Positions 40,276-49,595 of a stretch of 64,000 bases of DNA are shown piece after piece. The translations under genes and the position numbers were made by a program. How positions within the stretch are numbered: position 1 is the first letter of the stretch; each line of letters starts with the position of its first letter. The DNA lies in the IMG/VR virus record IMGVR_UViG_3300043754_000129, positions 160,001 to 224,000 of that record. The stretch is one strand, 5' to 3'. This DNA comes from a virus. Its lineage: Duplodnaviria > Caudoviricetes. A model generated the notes under the pieces. It did not search any database. It was not told the origin of the DNA and saw only the letters and a program-made list of their open reading frames with translations.

Positions 40276-42393
40276 ATGTTTGCGGCGTTGCGTCGAGTCC
40301 TCGGTCTGATCGAGGTCCAGGAAAGCGGGGATCTTATCCGCATTACTGGCTTACCCGGCGATAGCGTAATGAAGACGATCTACGAGGTGTGGGGAACCAG
40401 TAAGATCGCGGAGAACTTGTTCTCCAGAATTACGCCGTCGGAAGTATCATTCAATCGTTTTTTTGCCGTGGACGTCGTCTATGCTTTCACGCGCATCATC
40501 AACGAAAAGCGCAAGGGTGCCCCGATCCGCGCGCTCAAGAAGATCGTGGCGCTCATGTACGAGCACACGTGGCTCAAAGACACGCTCGTACGGCATCCCG
40601 ACATCCTGGATCGCCAACAGCTGAACCAACTGAAGTGGGGTCCGCTGGAACACCAGGACGGCTTCTTCGATTGGTTTAACGAGATGATCCCACGCTTCAA
40701 ATTGCGTGGGGCACTCCTCGGTGCAGGTCCGGGCACGGGCAAGACCTTCATGGGTCTGTCGCTCTCCCTGATGCTGCACGCGGATGTGACCATCATCGTC
40801 TGTCCGCCACGGGCTGTGAAGAAGGTCTGGGAAGACACGATCGTCGAGCAGTTCAAGCGTCCGGTGGGTTACTGGCACTCCCAGATGGGTACGGCCATTC
40901 CCCGGGGCAAGAAGTACTACATCATCCACTACGACTTCCTGCCGAAGTTCATGGAGTTCGTCCGCCAGAACCACTGGAGCAAACCAGTGATCCTGTTGGA
41001 TGAGTCGCACGGGATGAATGAAATGGAAGCGTTGCGTACGCAGCTCTTTATTGAGCTCTGTAACGTCACGCGCTGTCAGTATGTACTGTGGGAGTCGGGC
41101 ACGCCTGTGAAGGCCATAGGCGGCGAAATGGCGCCTCTGTTCCGTACGATCGATCCGATGTTCGATGAAGACGCGCAAATGCGCTTCAAGGCGATCTACG
41201 GCAAGAACACGAGTCGCGCCAATGACGTGCTTGCGCACCGTCTCGGCAAGGTCACCTACAAGGTTGACTCCAACAGCGTGGTGGATGTGAAGGTCACGCA
41301 CCACAAGGTCAAGGTGGTGATCCCGAACGCGAAGGACTACACACTGACCGCCATTCGCGCTGAGATGAAAGCCTTCATCCAGGAACGGGTGGAGCATTAC
41401 CAGTCCAACATGCGGATGTACGAGCGCATGTATGACCAGGCGATCTATCAGTTTGAACGCACGCTGATTACGCCTGAGCAGAAGGACAACTTCAAGACGT
41501 ACATGCGGTACATGAAACAGATCCGCCGGGGCTATGACCCGAAGATGCATCAGGAGATGGCCGTCTGGTGCAACAAGTACGAACAGAAGATCATCATGCC
41601 AGCGCTGCCTAAGCAGCTGCGCGATAACCTCAAGCAATCGAAGTCGGTGGTCAAGTACTACAAACTGAAGGTGCAAGGGGAAGCGTTGGGCAACGTGCTG
41701 GGCCGCAAGCGTGGCCAGTGTATTGCCGACATGGTGCCGCACATGGGGCTGGAGAACATCATCGATAGCGCCTTGAAGAAGACGCTCATCTTTACCAGCT
41801 ATGTGGGTGCAGTGGATGCAGCAGGGGATTACCTGAAGGCGCGCGGCTATCATCCGTTGCGGGTCTATGGGGAAACCAACAACGAACTCGCTGGCATGGT
41901 GAACGAGTTTAAGAATTCGGAAGACGCCAACCCGATGATTGCGACCTATCAGTCGCTCTCGTCCGCGGTCCCGCTCGTGATGGCGAATGTGGAGATCATG
42001 ATGAACTCCCCGTTCCGCTCGTTTGAATACGACCAGGCCGTCGCTCGGGTGAAGCGTCTGGGGCAGGATGAAGACGTCGACATCTACGACGTGGTGTTGG
42101 ATACGGGCAACGAGGTGAACATCTCGAGCCGCACGATCGACATCATGAACTGGAGTCGTGAGCAGGTCAATGAGATCATGGGCTTTGAGAATTCGCCGCT
42201 GGTGGGTGCGATCTCGCGTGAGAGCTACATGACCATGGACCCGGAACTGAACACGGCCGGCGAAACCCCGATGGACCTGAGCCCGATCCTCTTGCAAGAG
42301 TTCTCGGACAACATGGTGCTGAACGGCTACGCCATGGAAGGCTTCCACGTCGAGGAAGAACCGATGTGGGCACAATGGGCCACGTTGCCATAA
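40276..42393 (+). CDS. SF2 (SNF2/DEAD-like) helicase
   Basis: GAGPGTGKT, IVCP, LLDESH, SGTP, C-terminal QAVARVKRLGQ. Confidence 0.85.
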   Translation: MFAALRRVLGLIEVQESGDLIRITGLPGDSVMKTIYEVWGTSKIAENLFSRITPSEVSFNRFFAVDVVYAFTRIINEKRKGAPIRALKKIVALMYEHTWLKDTLVRHPDILDRQQLNQLKWGPLEHQDGFFDWFNEMIPRFKLRGALLGAGPGTGKTFMGLSLSLMLHADVTIIVCPPRAVKKVWEDTIVEQFKRPVGYWHSQMGTAIPRGKKYYIIHYDFLPKFMEFVRQNHWSKPVILLDESHGMNEMEALRTQLFIELCNVTRCQYVLWESGTPVKAIGGEMAPLFRTIDPMFDEDAQMRFKAIYGKNTSRANDVLAHRLGKVTYKVDSNSVVDVKVTHHKVKVVIPNAKDYTLTAIRAEMKAFIQERVEHYQSNMRMYERMYDQAIYQFERTLITPEQKDNFKTYMRYMKQIRRGYDPKMHQEMAVWCNKYEQKIIMPALPKQLRDNLKQSKSVVKYYKLKVQGEALGNVLGRKRGQCIADMVPHMGLENIIDSALKKTLIFTSYVGAVDAAGDYLKARGYHPLRVYGETNNELAGMVNEFKNSEDANPMIATYQSLSSAVPLVMANVEIMMNSPFRSFEYDQAVARVKRLGQDEDVDIYDVVLDTGNEVNISSRTIDIMNWSREQVNEIMGFENSPLVGAISRESYMTMDPELNTAGETPMDLSPILLQEFSDNMVLNGYAMEGFHVEEEPMWAQWATLP

Positions 42394-42467
42394 GACAGGC
42401 ATAAATCATTTGATGAATAGCTGTTTCATCTGTAGCTATCTATTATCCATGAAACAGGAAAAGGACA

Positions 42468-44912
42468 ATGGACCTGAATACCCTCATCCATAAGGCGGCG
42501 TTTGGTGACCGCGGCCTCACGCTCGAGAACCTGGACGACTCCCTGCCCGAAGGTGGGGATTCGGAGCTGGGCAGCTACGCTGACAGCGCTGATGCATGGG
42601 CGGACTACGGCAATGCGATGAATGTCGCCGCTGAAGCCATCCGTGACTACAGCATCCAGCTCGAAGGTCTGATCGAGCGCAAGGAACTGAACGCGGTCAC
42701 GCTCGGCCTCATCCGTGACGCCGCGCAACGCTGCGCGACGACCGTCGGCTACGAAATCAATCTGCCGTCGATGGAAAGCGTCGAGACGCAATCGATCGAA
42801 GAACAGGGCGCGGTGGCGCTCGAAGGTTTCCGTCAGGTGATCTTCAATCTGTTCCAAGATTACGTGCTGCACTTCAAGCACCACAAGGACGTGATCGGCG
42901 ACTTCTTCCGCTCGACCTCGGGCATTCTCAACAAGTACGAGAAGAAGACGCTCCAGAACAAGGCCGAGTACAACTCGAAGAAGAACAAGATCGGCAATCA
43001 GGAAATCGCCGTGGCCTTCGTCGGCCTCGACTACTTCCTGTCGAACACGAAGGCGATGAAGGAATACCGCTTCAGCGACTTCATGGGCCTGCTGCGTCAA
43101 GATCGCCAGATGTCGAACTTCGCGCTCAAGGAATACCCGAAGCGCGTGCTCGCCGAAATCGATGCACTCGCGAAGCTGCTGCGCGGCTCGAGCCTGAAGA
43201 CCGACGCGGACGTGCAAAAGCTCGCGAAGGCTGTCGAGCAACTGAAGTCGCCCTCGGAACTGTTCGACGAGCACCTCCTGGACGTGGAGGGCTTCGGCTC
43301 GTCCAAGTTTGTCGCTGTCAAGCGCGGCGGCAAGAATCGTCTGGACGTGCTCGCGGCCGCCAAGCCGGTCACGCTGTCCAAGCCCATCGGTGCTACGGTC
43401 GGTAACGCCATCATGGCGGGTGTGCAGTCGTTCGGTGGTCGCGTGGTGGCGTCGGCTCTGCCGGTGGTGGGTGCCACGACGGGCGGTATGGCTCACGCGG
43501 TTGCTGCGCCGGTCATGGCTGCTCGCGCCATCTACGAAGGCGTGGGCGACGACAAGGGCAAGATCATGCTCAACGGCAGCGACATCGGTCGCGTGCTGGA
43601 AGCCGCGGAAGGCTACATCAACGACGTGCGTTACTTCCTGTCGACTGAGCGTGAAGTGGCGCGCATGATCGACGAGATGGAAGGCGCGGTCAAGGCTGCG
43701 GAAGCCAAGGGTCAAGCCGACGCGAAGGCCGAAGACGCAGGCGAACACGCCATGGGTTCGGTGCATCTGTACGAGAAGATCCTCGCGGTCTCGCGCGTGC
43801 TGATGCGTGCCGTGCAAACGCCGGCACAGCAAGAAGTCGCTCGTGCGCTGAAGGCCAGCAAGTACCTGAACTACCTGGCCCTGCGCGCCATCTTCAATGC
43901 GAAGAACCACGCCATGGAAGGCATGGACAATCCGGAATCGGGCGCGTTCGCACGCGGCGAAGGCGACGCCAACCTGCACAAGGAAAGCACGCCGGCAGTC
44001 AACCCGGGCCTGGCAGCGCAAGCCAAGCAGATCAATGGCGACAAGCCGATCAACACGGACGACCTCGATGCCCCGATGCATGCAGCAACGGAAGGCAAGA
44101 AGGACGAAGCCACGGACATGGTGCATGGTGCAGCGGTCGACCCGAGCAAGTCGACGTGCGACATCGAAGGCCACGCCGTGGATCCGACGAAGACGGGCGA
44201 AACGCCGGAAATCGAAGGCGCGGAACTGAAGCCGGCCAAGGAAGCCTACACCGAAGTTGAAGAAGGCGCCGTGGGCGAACATCACGCTGCGATCATCGAC
44301 AAGATCTACGACAAAGCCGAAGTGATTCCGAGCGAAGGCATTCGCATTCACATCGTGCACGACGTGTGTCAAATCGAGGCCGAGTTCGACAAGAAGATCA
44401 AGGCACATCCGGAACAACGCGAAGCTCTCCTGAAGGAAGCGGGCGAACGTCTGGACGCTGTCCTCGAGCGCGTAGACGCCACGTTCGAACATCACGGCTG
44501 GGATGTCGACGGCAAGAAGGTCGCTCTCGAAGGCCTGATGGAAACCGCCAAGTCGAAGAAGGCGAAGTTCAAGGGCGCCAACGATGAAGAAATCGCGGCA
44601 CTCGAGAAGGCCATCGGCTTCAAGCTTCCGGTCGCGTACCGCAAGTACCTGAAGGACTTCGGCTACATTGCTTGCGGCGGCAATGAAGTTTACGGCGCAG
44701 CGCGCGGTCACCTGAGCGCGGTCGAGATGTACGAAGACCTGAGCCGTAGCGATACGTTCCCGAAGCAAGCCATCCCCCTGATGGAAATCGGTGACGGCCA
44801 CTACTACATCCTGAACGCTGGCAAGGTGGTCGAATGGGCCAACGGCGGGATCGTCAAGAGCGGCAGCATGAGCTTCACCGACTTCCTCGAGAAGAAGGTG
44901 TTCGAAGATTAA
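42468..44912 (+). CDS. internal head protein-like fused to a C-terminal SMI1/KNR4 (SUKH) domain
   Basis: SME/ALE/AME motifs; C-terminal GANDEEIAALEKAIGFKLPVAYRKYLKDFG..IPLMEIGDGHYY..SFTDFLE. Confidence 0.75.
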   Translation: MDLNTLIHKAAFGDRGLTLENLDDSLPEGGDSELGSYADSADAWADYGNAMNVAAEAIRDYSIQLEGLIERKELNAVTLGLIRDAAQRCATTVGYEINLPSMESVETQSIEEQGAVALEGFRQVIFNLFQDYVLHFKHHKDVIGDFFRSTSGILNKYEKKTLQNKAEYNSKKNKIGNQEIAVAFVGLDYFLSNTKAMKEYRFSDFMGLLRQDRQMSNFALKEYPKRVLAEIDALAKLLRGSSLKTDADVQKLAKAVEQLKSPSELFDEHLLDVEGFGSSKFVAVKRGGKNRLDVLAAAKPVTLSKPIGATVGNAIMAGVQSFGGRVVASALPVVGATTGGMAHAVAAPVMAARAIYEGVGDDKGKIMLNGSDIGRVLEAAEGYINDVRYFLSTEREVARMIDEMEGAVKAAEAKGQADAKAEDAGEHAMGSVHLYEKILAVSRVLMRAVQTPAQQEVARALKASKYLNYLALRAIFNAKNHAMEGMDNPESGAFARGEGDANLHKESTPAVNPGLAAQAKQINGDKPINTDDLDAPMHAATEGKKDEATDMVHGAAVDPSKSTCDIEGHAVDPTKTGETPEIEGAELKPAKEAYTEVEEGAVGEHHAAIIDKIYDKAEVIPSEGIRIHIVHDVCQIEAEFDKKIKAHPEQREALLKEAGERLDAVLERVDATFEHHGWDVDGKKVALEGLMETAKSKKAKFKGANDEEIAALEKAIGFKLPVAYRKYLKDFGYIACGGNEVYGAARGHLSAVEMYEDLSRSDTFPKQAIPLMEIGDGHYYILNAGKVVEWANGGIVKSGSMSFTDFLEKKVFED

Positions 44913-44933
44913 GCTAGAAGTTTCTAGTTGACC

Positions 44934-44960
44934 GGAGGGGCTTCGGCCCCTCCTTTATTT
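44934..44960 (+). terminator. intrinsic terminator after the SUKH-fusion gene
   Basis: GGAGGGGC-TTCG-GCCCCTCC then TTTATTTT. Confidence 0.75.
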
Positions 44961-44977
44961 TGCTAGGTGACAAGGAA

Positions 44978-47149
44978 ATGGATTACACGGTACGACGCGC
45001 CGAGGTCGACCTGATTGCACTGGAGGGGCATCTTGCCTCGCTGGATGCAGTACGCGCACAACTCGAAACGCGCAATATCACCCAGGGTCTCGCACTCGAA
45101 TGCGATGCTCTCATGCACGCCAACCGGGGTCAAGGTTCCCTGTTGGCACTGGCCTATGACCGTAGCGCTACGAGCAAAGACTACCAAGTCGCACTCGAAG
45201 GCGTGATCAATACGGTCTGGGAAACGATCAAGCTCGTGGTCCGCAAGATCATCGAGTACGTCAAGAAATTCTGGTTGTGGATCACGGGCAAGAGCAACAC
45301 CGTCACGCCGGAGAAAGCGGAAGCGGCTGAACAGGCGGCCAGCGGCTTCGAGAAAGCATTCCGCGACTGGCTGGAGCAGCTGCCCCATGTTGAGGTCGAC
45401 TTGCAGTTCACCAAGGACGGCAAGACGACTACCTTCACCAACAAGAAGGATGGGGGTGCAACGGATCCGGAAGTCGAGCGTCTGAACAAGCAAGCGGAAG
45501 CTTCGCATGCGGAAGCCGATCGGCTGCGCAGTCAGATTCCGGAGATTCAGCGCCGCGGTGACGAAGCGGTCAAGCTGGTGAAGGAGCATGGTCCCGAGAA
45601 AGCTGCACAGATGATCCGCGATGGTCATCTCGTGAATGAGCTGAAGGATCACGTGAGTGAAGCCGCGAAGGATGCAGAGCACACGCAGAATTTGACGGAC
45701 AAGCTCAAGCAGCCTCACGAGGCCATCAAGCCGCTCGATCCCTCCAGCATTAAGGTTACGCGCCGGGAAGGCGCCACCGATCCGAAGACCCAGTTCCATG
45801 TCAATCAGGTCAATGAAACGGCCGCCCGCGTTCGCGAGCAGAATGACAAAGTGAACGAGATGCTGGATGGTCATCCCAGCAAGACGTTCGATCTGGACGC
45901 TGGGACTGTGCGCGGCCAAGGTGGTCCGGTTACGGATGCACTGAATGCCCGCAAGCCCAAGATCGGTCAGACCAGTGCCAAACTGGATCCGGAAAAGCAC
46001 AAGGCAGAATCTTCGGCCCATGCCCAGCAGATTCAGTCGCAGATCGACGACGAACAGGGTCTCCTCGATGCCGCTAACGAGCGTCTGTCGGATACCCGCC
46101 GCCGCAAGCAGAACGGTCAGCCGATGCACTCGATGTATGGTGGCGGCAACGACCATGACCACTGGATCGGCAGCGACGAAGACTTCGTCAAGAAGTCCCA
46201 AGCCAAGATCGACGGTCTGCGTGCCAAGCTCGGCAAGCCGGCAACCGAAAGCATTGCCACGGAAGACGCGGGCATCGGTCATCTGAAGCCTGTCGATGCA
46301 CTGAACGCCACGGCTGAAAGCATGAAGAGTCAGTTCCTCTCGGGTCTGCCGCGTCCCGAGGCATTGATTCTCTTCTCGCAAAGCTACGGCAGCAACTTGG
46401 AACAGCTCGCTCGTGAGTTCTCTCACTTGAAGCCGATCGAGGCGCTCGCGCGTCGCTACGAGCAGCTCAATGAACTGTTGCCCAAGTTCATCGCCGAAGC
46501 CGCTCAGATTGACACCATCAAGGATGCGTCGGAGCGTCAGCAGCGGATCGCGGACTTCCAGCACCGCGTCGAGAAGACCCTCGAGAGCGCCCTGGATCGT
46601 GAGGGTGGCAAGACGGATGACGCCGATCAACTGGCCAGCGATATCAAGCGCTTCCAGGCAGCCCGGGAGAGCCATGGTACCGGTGACTTCGAGATCGACA
46701 CGCCGGCCACGGGTGATCGGCTCATGCACGTGGCAGCCATCACGGATACGACCTTCCGTACGGTGCGTGCGGTGATCGCAGAAGTGCAGTCGGCAGCTAC
46801 GGAACTCAAGACGCTGGAGACGGCGCTCGAAGGGTTGAGCAGCAAGATCGTAGCGATCTCGGCAGGTAGCAGCGCATCGGCCACCGACTACGTGGCGCAT
46901 GCGCTCAACAGTGAAGTGCGGTTCGTGTCCATGCGTGTGCGCACCATCACGCAAGGCATGGCGGTCTTCACCAACTATTACACGGACGCACATCGCGCGG
47001 TCTCGCGTTATCAGAAGTTTGTGATCAAGGTCGTGGATACCGCACTCAAGCAGATGAATGGTGAGCACGAGTTCCAGGAAGATCGCGTTCGCAGTGCGCT
47101 TGCACACATGCGAGATGCATCGCGCTCGTTTGATCGCTTGGCTGCTTAA
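44978..47149 (+). CDS. internal head protein-like, coiled-coil rich
   Basis: IALEG, VALEGVINTVWETIKLVVRKIIEYVKKFWLW helix, ATE motifs. Confidence 0.7.
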   Translation: MDYTVRRAEVDLIALEGHLASLDAVRAQLETRNITQGLALECDALMHANRGQGSLLALAYDRSATSKDYQVALEGVINTVWETIKLVVRKIIEYVKKFWLWITGKSNTVTPEKAEAAEQAASGFEKAFRDWLEQLPHVEVDLQFTKDGKTTTFTNKKDGGATDPEVERLNKQAEASHAEADRLRSQIPEIQRRGDEAVKLVKEHGPEKAAQMIRDGHLVNELKDHVSEAAKDAEHTQNLTDKLKQPHEAIKPLDPSSIKVTRREGATDPKTQFHVNQVNETAARVREQNDKVNEMLDGHPSKTFDLDAGTVRGQGGPVTDALNARKPKIGQTSAKLDPEKHKAESSAHAQQIQSQIDDEQGLLDAANERLSDTRRRKQNGQPMHSMYGGGNDHDHWIGSDEDFVKKSQAKIDGLRAKLGKPATESIATEDAGIGHLKPVDALNATAESMKSQFLSGLPRPEALILFSQSYGSNLEQLAREFSHLKPIEALARRYEQLNELLPKFIAEAAQIDTIKDASERQQRIADFQHRVEKTLESALDREGGKTDDADQLASDIKRFQAARESHGTGDFEIDTPATGDRLMHVAAITDTTFRTVRAVIAEVQSAATELKTLETALEGLSSKIVAISAGSSASATDYVAHALNSEVRFVSMRVRTITQGMAVFTNYYTDAHRAVSRYQKFVIKVVDTALKQMNGEHEFQEDRVRSALAHMRDASRSFDRLAA

Positions 47150-47154
47150 AACAG

Positions 47155-47213
47155 CCAAAAAAAGAAGTAAGCGACATAGACCCCCTCCCGGTTGGGAGGG
47201 GGCTTATGCCGTC
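47155..47213. terminator. GCGACATA-hairpin-TATGCCGTC element with A-tract
   Basis: CCCCCTCCC-GGTT-GGGAGGGGG between convergent genes. Confidence 0.7.
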
Positions 47214-47217
47214 AGGT

Positions 47218-47469
47218 TTAATGCACCGGAGTGCCGTCGCGATGGACGTAGATGAAGCCTTCCTTCTCGTCCTTCTTGTAGACACCTTCCACACGCTGCA
47301 TGTTCACGTTGTCGTGCTTCTTCACTTCTTCCGCGAGTTCTTCCTGTGAGCAGTGCACCGGATAGTTCTCGTAGTCGAAGGTGTCGCACACATCGATGAA
47401 GAAAGGCTTCTCCGGCTGCTCAGAAGCCCACAAGCGCAGTTCTGCTTCGTGACGCGAGGTGTAGGTCAT
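47218..47469 (-). CDS. hypothetical protein
   Basis: 83 aa; DVCDTFDYENYPV..NMQRV; overlapping GGAG/ATGA junction with the upstream gene. Confidence 0.65.
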   Translation of the reverse strand: MTYTSRHEAELRLWASEQPEKPFFIDVCDTFDYENYPVHCSQEELAEEVKKHDNVNMQRVEGVYKKDEKEGFIYVHRDGTPVH

Positions 47470-47885
47470 ACCGGACCTCCGAGACCCACCTTGCCCGTAC
47501 TGGACATGGGAATACCGCCGCCCTGTTCGCTGAGCGTGAGTTCGACATTCATGCTCTCGAAGCCGAGGATCTGAAGACCCAGCGCAAACGTCTTCATATC
47601 CATGTCGACCGTCCCCATCACGAAGAGTTCACCGGCGAGCCGGATCGCATGCTTTTCGAGCATGTCCGGATCATACAGCGGAACGCGCGCTTCGAGAAAC
47701 GCCTTCGTCTTCTCCAGCATGCCGCCGTAGCCACCGACACGTGCCTGAATCAGTTCACGCATGCGGCAGCCCAGGAAGGACGAGGCATCGATCAGGGTTT
47801 GCTCGCCCAAGAGGTGGTCGACGTTCGGCTTGGTGCGCTCGGGCGGGCGACCATAGGCGTGGCGTTCAAACAGGGGTTCGTTCAT
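47466..47885 (-). CDS. hypothetical protein, paralogue of 48778..49143
   Basis: TAATG coupling to the upstream ORF; C-terminal MKTFALGLQILGFESMNVELTL. Confidence 0.65.
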   Translation of the reverse strand: MNEPLFERHAYGRPPERTKPNVDHLLGEQTLIDASSFLGCRMRELIQARVGGYGGMLEKTKAFLEARVPLYDPDMLEKHAIRLAGELFVMGTVDMDMKTFALGLQILGFESMNVELTLSEQGGGIPMSSTGKVGLGGPV

Positions 47886-48151
47886 TACGCTGCCTTCTTT
47901 TGCTTGCCGCGAATCTGATACACGCGTTGGTTGGAGAGTTCGAAGATCTGGCAGATCGCCGTCACGGGCAGGCCGCTCACGCGGATGTACTCGTTGCGCA
48001 GATCGACCATGAGGCGCGTGGCGTCCGTGACGATCTTCATCTCGTCTGCCGTGAGCTTCTTGTTGCCCTGCTCTTTCGAGCGTGCCTCGACGTCCGCGAT
48101 CAGTGTCTTGATCGTGGCGAAGGCTTCCAGGATACGTATCGTGTTCTTCAC
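47885..48151 (-). CDS. small protein with C-terminal HTH-like motif
   Basis: GLPVTAICQIFELSNQRVYQIR. Confidence 0.6.
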   Translation of the reverse strand: MKNTIRILEAFATIKTLIADVEARSKEQGNKKLTADEMKIVTDATRLMVDLRNEYIRVSGLPVTAICQIFELSNQRVYQIRGKQKKAA

Positions 48152-48165
48152 AGCGTTCTCCTTGG

Positions 48166-48711
48166 TTAGGCCGCCTGTTGCATGCGCACGCTCGCGAGCG
48201 TCTTATCGGTCGGCTTCTCGGTGTAGAGGAACTGCACGATGTCAACGATGACTTGATCGAGCAACTCGACGTTGATGCGCGTCGTGTTCTTCGGTGTCGG
48301 GGTGAGGCTCGTGACTTCCTTGGCGCTCACCATCCGGCTGATCTCCTGCCCGGTCATGCTGATGAGTTCTTCGAAGAAGCAGTAGGTGAAGCCCATGCCG
48401 GCTAGCTGCGGCGTGAAGAGCACCTCGCGGCGCTGCTTGTAGCTTTCCGTGCCGGTGAGGTTGGCCATGTATTCCGAGCCCTTCGAGATGATCAGTCCGT
48501 CGATGCTCGTGCGGAACGAGAACTCCACGGCATTGGAGTCCGCGATGTAGCGCGAGAGACCACGCTTCTTGGGCGCGTCCTTGCGCATCTTGTCATACAC
48601 CATCGAGTGGGCGAGGACGCCCTGCATCAGGTACTGGCGTGCGAACGCGACCGGGGTACCGCCAGCGAAGTGAGCAGCCGCCAGTTTGGCCATGTCTTGG
48701 TACTTTGCCAT
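48166..48711 (-). CDS. hypothetical protein
   Basis: 181 aa with AGGA RBS. Confidence 0.7.
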   Translation of the reverse strand: MAKYQDMAKLAAAHFAGGTPVAFARQYLMQGVLAHSMVYDKMRKDAPKKRGLSRYIADSNAVEFSFRTSIDGLIISKGSEYMANLTGTESYKQRREVLFTPQLAGMGFTYCFFEELISMTGQEISRMVSAKEVTSLTPTPKNTTRINVELLDQVIVDIVQFLYTEKPTDKTLASVRMQQAA

Positions 48712-48777
48712 GATTCGTTCTTCCTTGGTTCTAGATTGGTTGTAGACTGGGCGCTTGGGTAACGCCCAGGGTCGTGC

Positions 48778-49143
48778 TTAGTGGGTGGTGTGATGCTCGC
48801 CGTAGCCCACGTTGATGGTGTCCGACACCGTGATACTCGGCGCGTTGTGGAACTCCACGTCCAGCGTGAGCTTGAACGACTTCACGCGCAGAAAGCGCAT
48901 CGCCGGGATGAAGTTGCGCACCGAGATGTTCGGCTTGGCCAGGTTCTCACCGAGGCGGCGCTTGGAATCGTTCTCTTGCTTGCGCGTCATGCCGGGCTCG
49001 TGGTAGACACCCATGAGCTCCTTCCACTTCGACGGACCCACGTGCATCTCGATCAGTAGCTTGCGAAAGAGACGACCGAGAAAGAAGCTCGGCACGCGAC
49101 CCACATCGCCCGTATCCAGCGCCTTTTGCAAAGACTCTTTCAT
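48778..49143 (-). CDS. hypothetical protein
   Basis: LGRLFRKLL..W..L..Y..NL.KPNISVRNF..MRFL motif region. Confidence 0.7.
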   Translation of the reverse strand: MKESLQKALDTGDVGRVPSFFLGRLFRKLLIEMHVGPSKWKELMGVYHEPGMTRKQENDSKRRLGENLAKPNISVRNFIPAMRFLRVKSFKLTLDVEFHNAPSITVSDTINVGYGEHHTTH

Positions 49144-49182
49144 GACTTGTTTCCTTGGTTTGATGTTGTTACGAGTTGGGGA

Positions 49183-49584
49183 TTACTCGAGTGCGTCAGC
49201 CATGTCAAACAGGTTGACGATCTTGCCTTCATCCATGCCGAGAATGCAGTCGTACTGGATGAAGTAGTTGCGACGCTCTTCTTCCGGGATGCTCGCGATG
49301 TCGATGCCTTCCACGCGCAACACCACCGTCAACACCTTCGAGGCCTTGATCTGGCCGCCCGTGAGTTGGGTGATCAAATCCGGCACCGGGTTGTCGTAGA
49401 TGATCGCGCTGACACCGGTGTACTTCGGGTCGCCGTTGACCTTGGTCTTCATCCACTTACCCAGCTCGATCTTCACTTCATCGGAGTCACCGTTCGTGCC
49501 GATGTAGACGAGGACGTCTTCCACGCCATTCGCGTCGAGTTTGCCGTGCGGCATGCCGCCGATGCTGGTAATCAGTTCAGACAT
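49183..49584 (-). CDS. hypothetical protein
   Basis: 133 aa with AGGA RBS. Confidence 0.7.
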   Translation of the reverse strand: MSELITSIGGMPHGKLDANGVEDVLVYIGTNGDSDEVKIELGKWMKTKVNGDPKYTGVSAIIYDNPVPDLITQLTGGQIKASKVLTVVLRVEGIDIASIPEEERRNYFIQYDCILGMDEGKIVNLFDMADALE

Positions 49585-49595
49585 GTTTCTGTTCC

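Noticed and set aside
24088-47158. Other long antisense ORFs (24088-26583, 36334-37698, 40447-42402, 42426-44801, 44963-47158)
   Set aside because: Each lies exactly opposite a motif-bearing gene and has no RBS or recognisable domain.
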